Below are positions 28,817 through 32,000 of a stretch of DNA of 32,000 nt, piece by piece (position 1 is the first letter of the stretch; every line of letters starts with the position of its first letter). The stretch spans positions 150,001-182,000 of the forward strand of contig NC_006576.1 in NCBI RefSeq assembly GCF_000010065.1, read 5' to 3'. Made by a program: the position numbers and the translations under genes. The notes below the pieces were generated by a model, which made no database searches, was not told the origin of the DNA, and saw only the letters and a list, made by a program, of their open reading frames with translations. This DNA comes from Synechococcus elongatus PCC 6301 (GTDB lineage Bacteria; Cyanobacteriota; Cyanobacteriia; Synechococcales; Synechococcaceae).

Positions 28817-31800
28817 ATGGCTCAATTTACCCTTCAGCTTCTGCACTTTTCAGATCAAGAAGCAGGTATTCCTGCTTTAAAAGATGCTCCCAATCTATCA
28901 GCAGTCCTGAAGGCTCTGAAAGACCAAGACGGGGATGATGTAGATACTGATCCTGACTATCTGAACACATTAATTCTTTCATCAGGTGATGCCTACATTC
29001 CAGGCACCTTTTTGGATGCTAGCGTCCAGGCTTACGGTGGCCAAGGACGAGCTGATATCCTCATCCAGAATGAGCTTGGCGTACAGGCCATTTCTTTTGG
29101 CAACCATGAGTTTGACTTGGGAACTGGCTTGATTGCCAATCTGTTGAAGCCCTCAGCAGATGGACTCTATGCCGGGGCTGCCTTCCCTTACCTCAGTGGC
29201 AACCTCAACTTTGCACCAGATGCAAACCTCGCACCCTTAGTCACTGCTGATGGTCAGGAAGCCAGCACGATCGCGGGTAAAATCGCGGCGAGCAGCATCA
29301 TTACTGTCAATGGGGAAAAGATTGGCGTTGTTGGCGCAACAACGCCGATTCTGCGCAGCATTTCTAGCCCAGGTGCTGTTCAAATCGAGCCTAGTCCCTT
29401 TGGCAGTGTTCCTAGCGCCCAAGAACTCGATGCCCTAGCTGCCATCATTCAGGCCGACGTTGATGCGCTGCTGGCAAATAACCCTGATCTCAATAAAGTG
29501 ATTTTGCTGTCTCACATGCAGCAAATCTCGATTGAGCAAGAAATTGCAAAACGACTGAGAAACGTTGACATCATCGTTGCTGGCGGTTCTAATACTCGTC
29601 TACTTGATAGCAACGATGTACTAAGAGCTGGTGACACCAAGCAGGGTGAATATCCCTTCTTTACAAATGATGCAGATGGCAAGCCGATCGCTGTTGTCAA
29701 CACAGATGGAAATTATAAGTATGTTGGTCGGCTAGTTATTGATTTTGATGAAAACGGTAATGTTATTGCCGAGAGCTATGACCCCAATGTAAGCGGGGTC
29801 TATGCCACTGACGATACTGGTGTTGCTGCCCTAAACGCTCAGAATTTAGTTGATCCTGAAATCCAACAAATTGTTGACAACTTGAGCTCTGTTATTTCCA
29901 GCTTAGATGGCGCAATTTTTGGTAGTACAGACGTCTTTCTCAACGGCGCGAGAAGTGATATCCGCATCCAAGAAACCAACTTAGGTAACTTAACTGCGGA
30001 TGCGAACCTTGCCTACGCCAAGACTATTGATTCGACTGTAACCCTCTCACTGAAGAATGGTGGCGGTGTTCGTAACAACATCGGTTTCGTCACCTTCCCG
30101 GAGGGCTCTACCGATCCAGATGATGTATTGAAACTCCCGCCAGCAGCTAACCCTCTTGCAGGCAAAGAGGAAGGGGATATTTCTCAGCTGGATATTACGA
30201 ACTCGCTGAGTTTTAACAATGGCTTAGCGCTGATCACATTGACTGCGGAAGAACTTCTAGAAATCGTCGAGTATGGCTTTGCAGCCAGTAGTCTTAACGA
30301 TGGTAATACCCAAGGTCGCTTCCCTCAGATTGGTGGCTTCTCCGTTGCAGTTGATTTGACTCGTGCCCCAGGCGATCGCGTCCTCTCGCTAGCGATTAAA
30401 GACGAAGAGGGCCGCGACATTGATGTCGTTGTCCGTAATGGCGAGATCGTTGGCAACCCCGCTCGCACCTTCCGGATGGTAACGCTCAGCTTTTTGGCCG
30501 ACGGGGGCGATGGATATCCATTCCCGACCGGTGAGGCGACTAATCGCATTGATCTTGCTCAACCTGCCGAGGCTGAACGGACTGGTTTAGCGCAATTTGC
30601 ACCAGATGGCACTGAGCAAGATGTTCTAGCGGAGTATCTAGCTACTCGCTTCACTGAGAATTCTTTTGACAAACTGGATTCTGCGCGTGATTTCGATACT
30701 CGCATTCAGAACGTCAGCTTCCGCGATGATACGGTCATTAACTCTCAAATCCAGCTGAGTGTTCTAGGAACCTTTGCAACAGGCAGCTTTGACCAGGGCG
30801 CCGCAGAAATCCCGGCCTATGACCCGATTAGCCAACGTCTCTTTGTTGTCAATGCCCAAAACAGCCGCGTAGATGTCCTAGACATCAGCGACCCTACTCG
30901 ACCTACCCTCATTGGATTTATCGATACTTCGAGCTTTGGCTCTCCTAACAGTGTCGCCATCCAAAATGGTCTGGTTGCGATCGCTGTTCAAAATGCGAAT
31001 CCGCAGGAGAACGGCCAAGTCTTCTTCTATCAGTCCACCGCTAGTTCCTTCAATGCTCCGCTTCGGGCAATTGAAGTGGGCGCCCTACCCGACATGCTGA
31101 TCTTTACGCCTGACGGCTCCAAGGTTTTGGTAGCTAATGAAGGTGAACCTAATGAAGATTACACCGTTGATCCCGAAGGTTCAGTCAGCATCATTGACCT
31201 TAGTCTGGGTGTAGCCAACGCTCAGGTTAGAACAGCAACTTTTACTGCCTTCAATGACCGAAAGGCAGAGCTGCAAGAAGCTGGCGTCCGCATTTTGAAA
31301 GATGATGCGACTGTTGCCGAGGATATTGAGCCGGAGTACATCGCTATCTCTCCCGATGGCAACACTGCAGTGGTGACTCTCCAGGAAGCCAATGCACTGG
31401 CTTTCATTGATTTGGCGACCGCAACGGTTACGGATATCAAGCCGCTGGGTCTAAAGGACTTTAGTCTTCCGGGTAATGCGCTGGATCCGAGCGATCGCGA
31501 TGGAGGTATTAATCTCCGTAACGTCCCAGTGTTTGGGCTCTACCAACCAGATGCCATTGCCTCCTTCGTTGGTGCTGATGGGAAGACCTACTACATCACT
31601 GCCAATGAAGGCGATAGCCGAGTCCGGCCGACGGGAGATGACATCATCCCCGAGGTTGGTGAAGGGGACATCTTCAATGAAGAGGTTCGAGTCAGCAGCA
31701 ACCGTTACATTCTCGACCCAACGATCTTCCCAAATGCAGCTGAGCTGAAGCAGAACTCGAATCTGGGTCGCCTGACCGTTACCAACGAATCAGGTGATCT

Positions 31801-32000
31801 AGATGGGGATGGTGACTTTGACCAAATCGTCACTTTTGGAGCTCGCTCTTTCTCGATCCTCAATTCCGAGGGTGAGCTTGTTTTTGATAGTGGCGATCAG
31901 CTAGAGCGAATCACTGCTAGCTTCTTCCCTGAAAACTTCAACGCCAGCAATGACAATAACGATCTAGATAACCGCAGTGACAACAAAGGTCCTGAGCCTG
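28817..32000 (+). CDS. Large 5'-nucleotidase-type metallophosphoesterase fused to choice-of-anchor I / beta-propeller-like domain; resembles atypical cyanobacterial alkaline phosphatases (3' truncated)
   Basis: Open frame from ATG 28817 to the window end, so absent from the track. MAQFTLQLLHFSDQEAG, LSSGDAYIPG, FGNHEFDLG, 5_nucleotid_C region (LKNGGGVRNN ... GGFSVAVDL), then FDQGAAEIPAYDPISQRLFVVNAQNSRVDVLDI and VLVANEGEPNEDY. Confidence 0.9.
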   Translation, partial: MAQFTLQLLHFSDQEAGIPALKDAPNLSAVLKALKDQDGDDVDTDPDYLNTLILSSGDAYIPGTFLDASVQAYGGQGRADILIQNELGVQAISFGNHEFDLGTGLIANLLKPSADGLYAGAAFPYLSGNLNFAPDANLAPLVTADGQEASTIAGKIAASSIITVNGEKIGVVGATTPILRSISSPGAVQIEPSPFGSVPSAQELDALAAIIQADVDALLANNPDLNKVILLSHMQQISIEQEIAKRLRNVDIIVAGGSNTRLLDSNDVLRAGDTKQGEYPFFTNDADGKPIAVVNTDGNYKYVGRLVIDFDENGNVIAESYDPNVSGVYATDDTGVAALNAQNLVDPEIQQIVDNLSSVISSLDGAIFGSTDVFLNGARSDIRIQETNLGNLTADANLAYAKTIDSTVTLSLKNGGGVRNNIGFVTFPEGSTDPDDVLKLPPAANPLAGKEEGDISQLDITNSLSFNNGLALITLTAEELLEIVEYGFAASSLNDGNTQGRFPQIGGFSVAVDLTRAPGDRVLSLAIKDEEGRDIDVVVRNGEIVGNPARTFRMVTLSFLADGGDGYPFPTGEATNRIDLAQPAEAERTGLAQFAPDGTEQDVLAEYLATRFTENSFDKLDSARDFDTRIQNVSFRDDTVINSQIQLSVLGTFATGSFDQGAAEIPAYDPISQRLFVVNAQNSRVDVLDISDPTRPTLIGFIDTSSFGSPNSVAIQNGLVAIAVQNANPQENGQVFFYQSTASSFNAPLRAIEVGALPDMLIFTPDGSKVLVANEGEPNEDYTVDPEGSVSIIDLSLGVANAQVRTATFTAFNDRKAELQEAGVRILKDDATVAEDIEPEYIAISPDGNTAVVTLQEANALAFIDLATATVTDIKPLGLKDFSLPGNALDPSDRDGGINLRNVPVFGLYQPDAIASFVGADGKTYYITANEGDSRVRPTGDDIIPEVGEGDIFNEEVRVSSNRYILDPTIFPNAAELKQNSNLGRLTVTNESGDLDGDGDFDQIVTFGARSFSILNSEGELVFDSGDQLERITASFFPENFNASNDNNDLDNRSDNKGPEP

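Noticed and set aside
1-32000. Search for tRNA/rRNA, transposases, phage genes or toxin-antitoxin/defence modules
   Set aside because: Nothing supportable was seen; the content is housekeeping and transport genes. Short ncRNAs cannot be excluded without computation.

Overview
Cyanobacterial chromosomal segment. Protein content and dense HIP1 (GCGATCGC) motifs are consistent with Synechococcus elongatus; that assignment is inference, as no search was run. In order it encodes: topoisomerase I (minus, runs off the left edge), NDH-1 subunit NdhB, a MacB/LolD-type ABC ATPase, a TauE/SafE-type permease, a YbjN-like protein, a LplA/BPL-domain protein, LeuA, a ferric-iron uptake set (futA-like, futB-like, divergent ATPase) with an intervening SAM methyltransferase, a DUF192 protein, an OmpR-type response regulator, glyoxalase II (apparently frameshifted at its N-terminus), a coiled-coil/zinc-ribbon membrane protein and a VOC protein. 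These are followed by an exopolysaccharide-like cluster (GH10 xylanase, HlyD-like, GT2 cellulose synthase with PilZ), a protein with 62-residue tandem repeats and a cationic C-terminal helix, a small Cys-containing membrane protein, a lipoprotein, an M61 glycyl aminopeptidase, a histone-deacetylase-family protein, and a large 5'-nucleotidase/choice-of-anchor-I protein running off the right edge. Most of this is ordinary housekeeping DNA. The best leads are the GH10/HlyD/cellulose synthase locus, the tandem-repeat protein, the apparent 1-nt deletion in glyoxalase II, and the non-canonical metal-site motifs of the terminal phosphoesterase. No CRISPR, phage, transposon or RNA gene could be supported.
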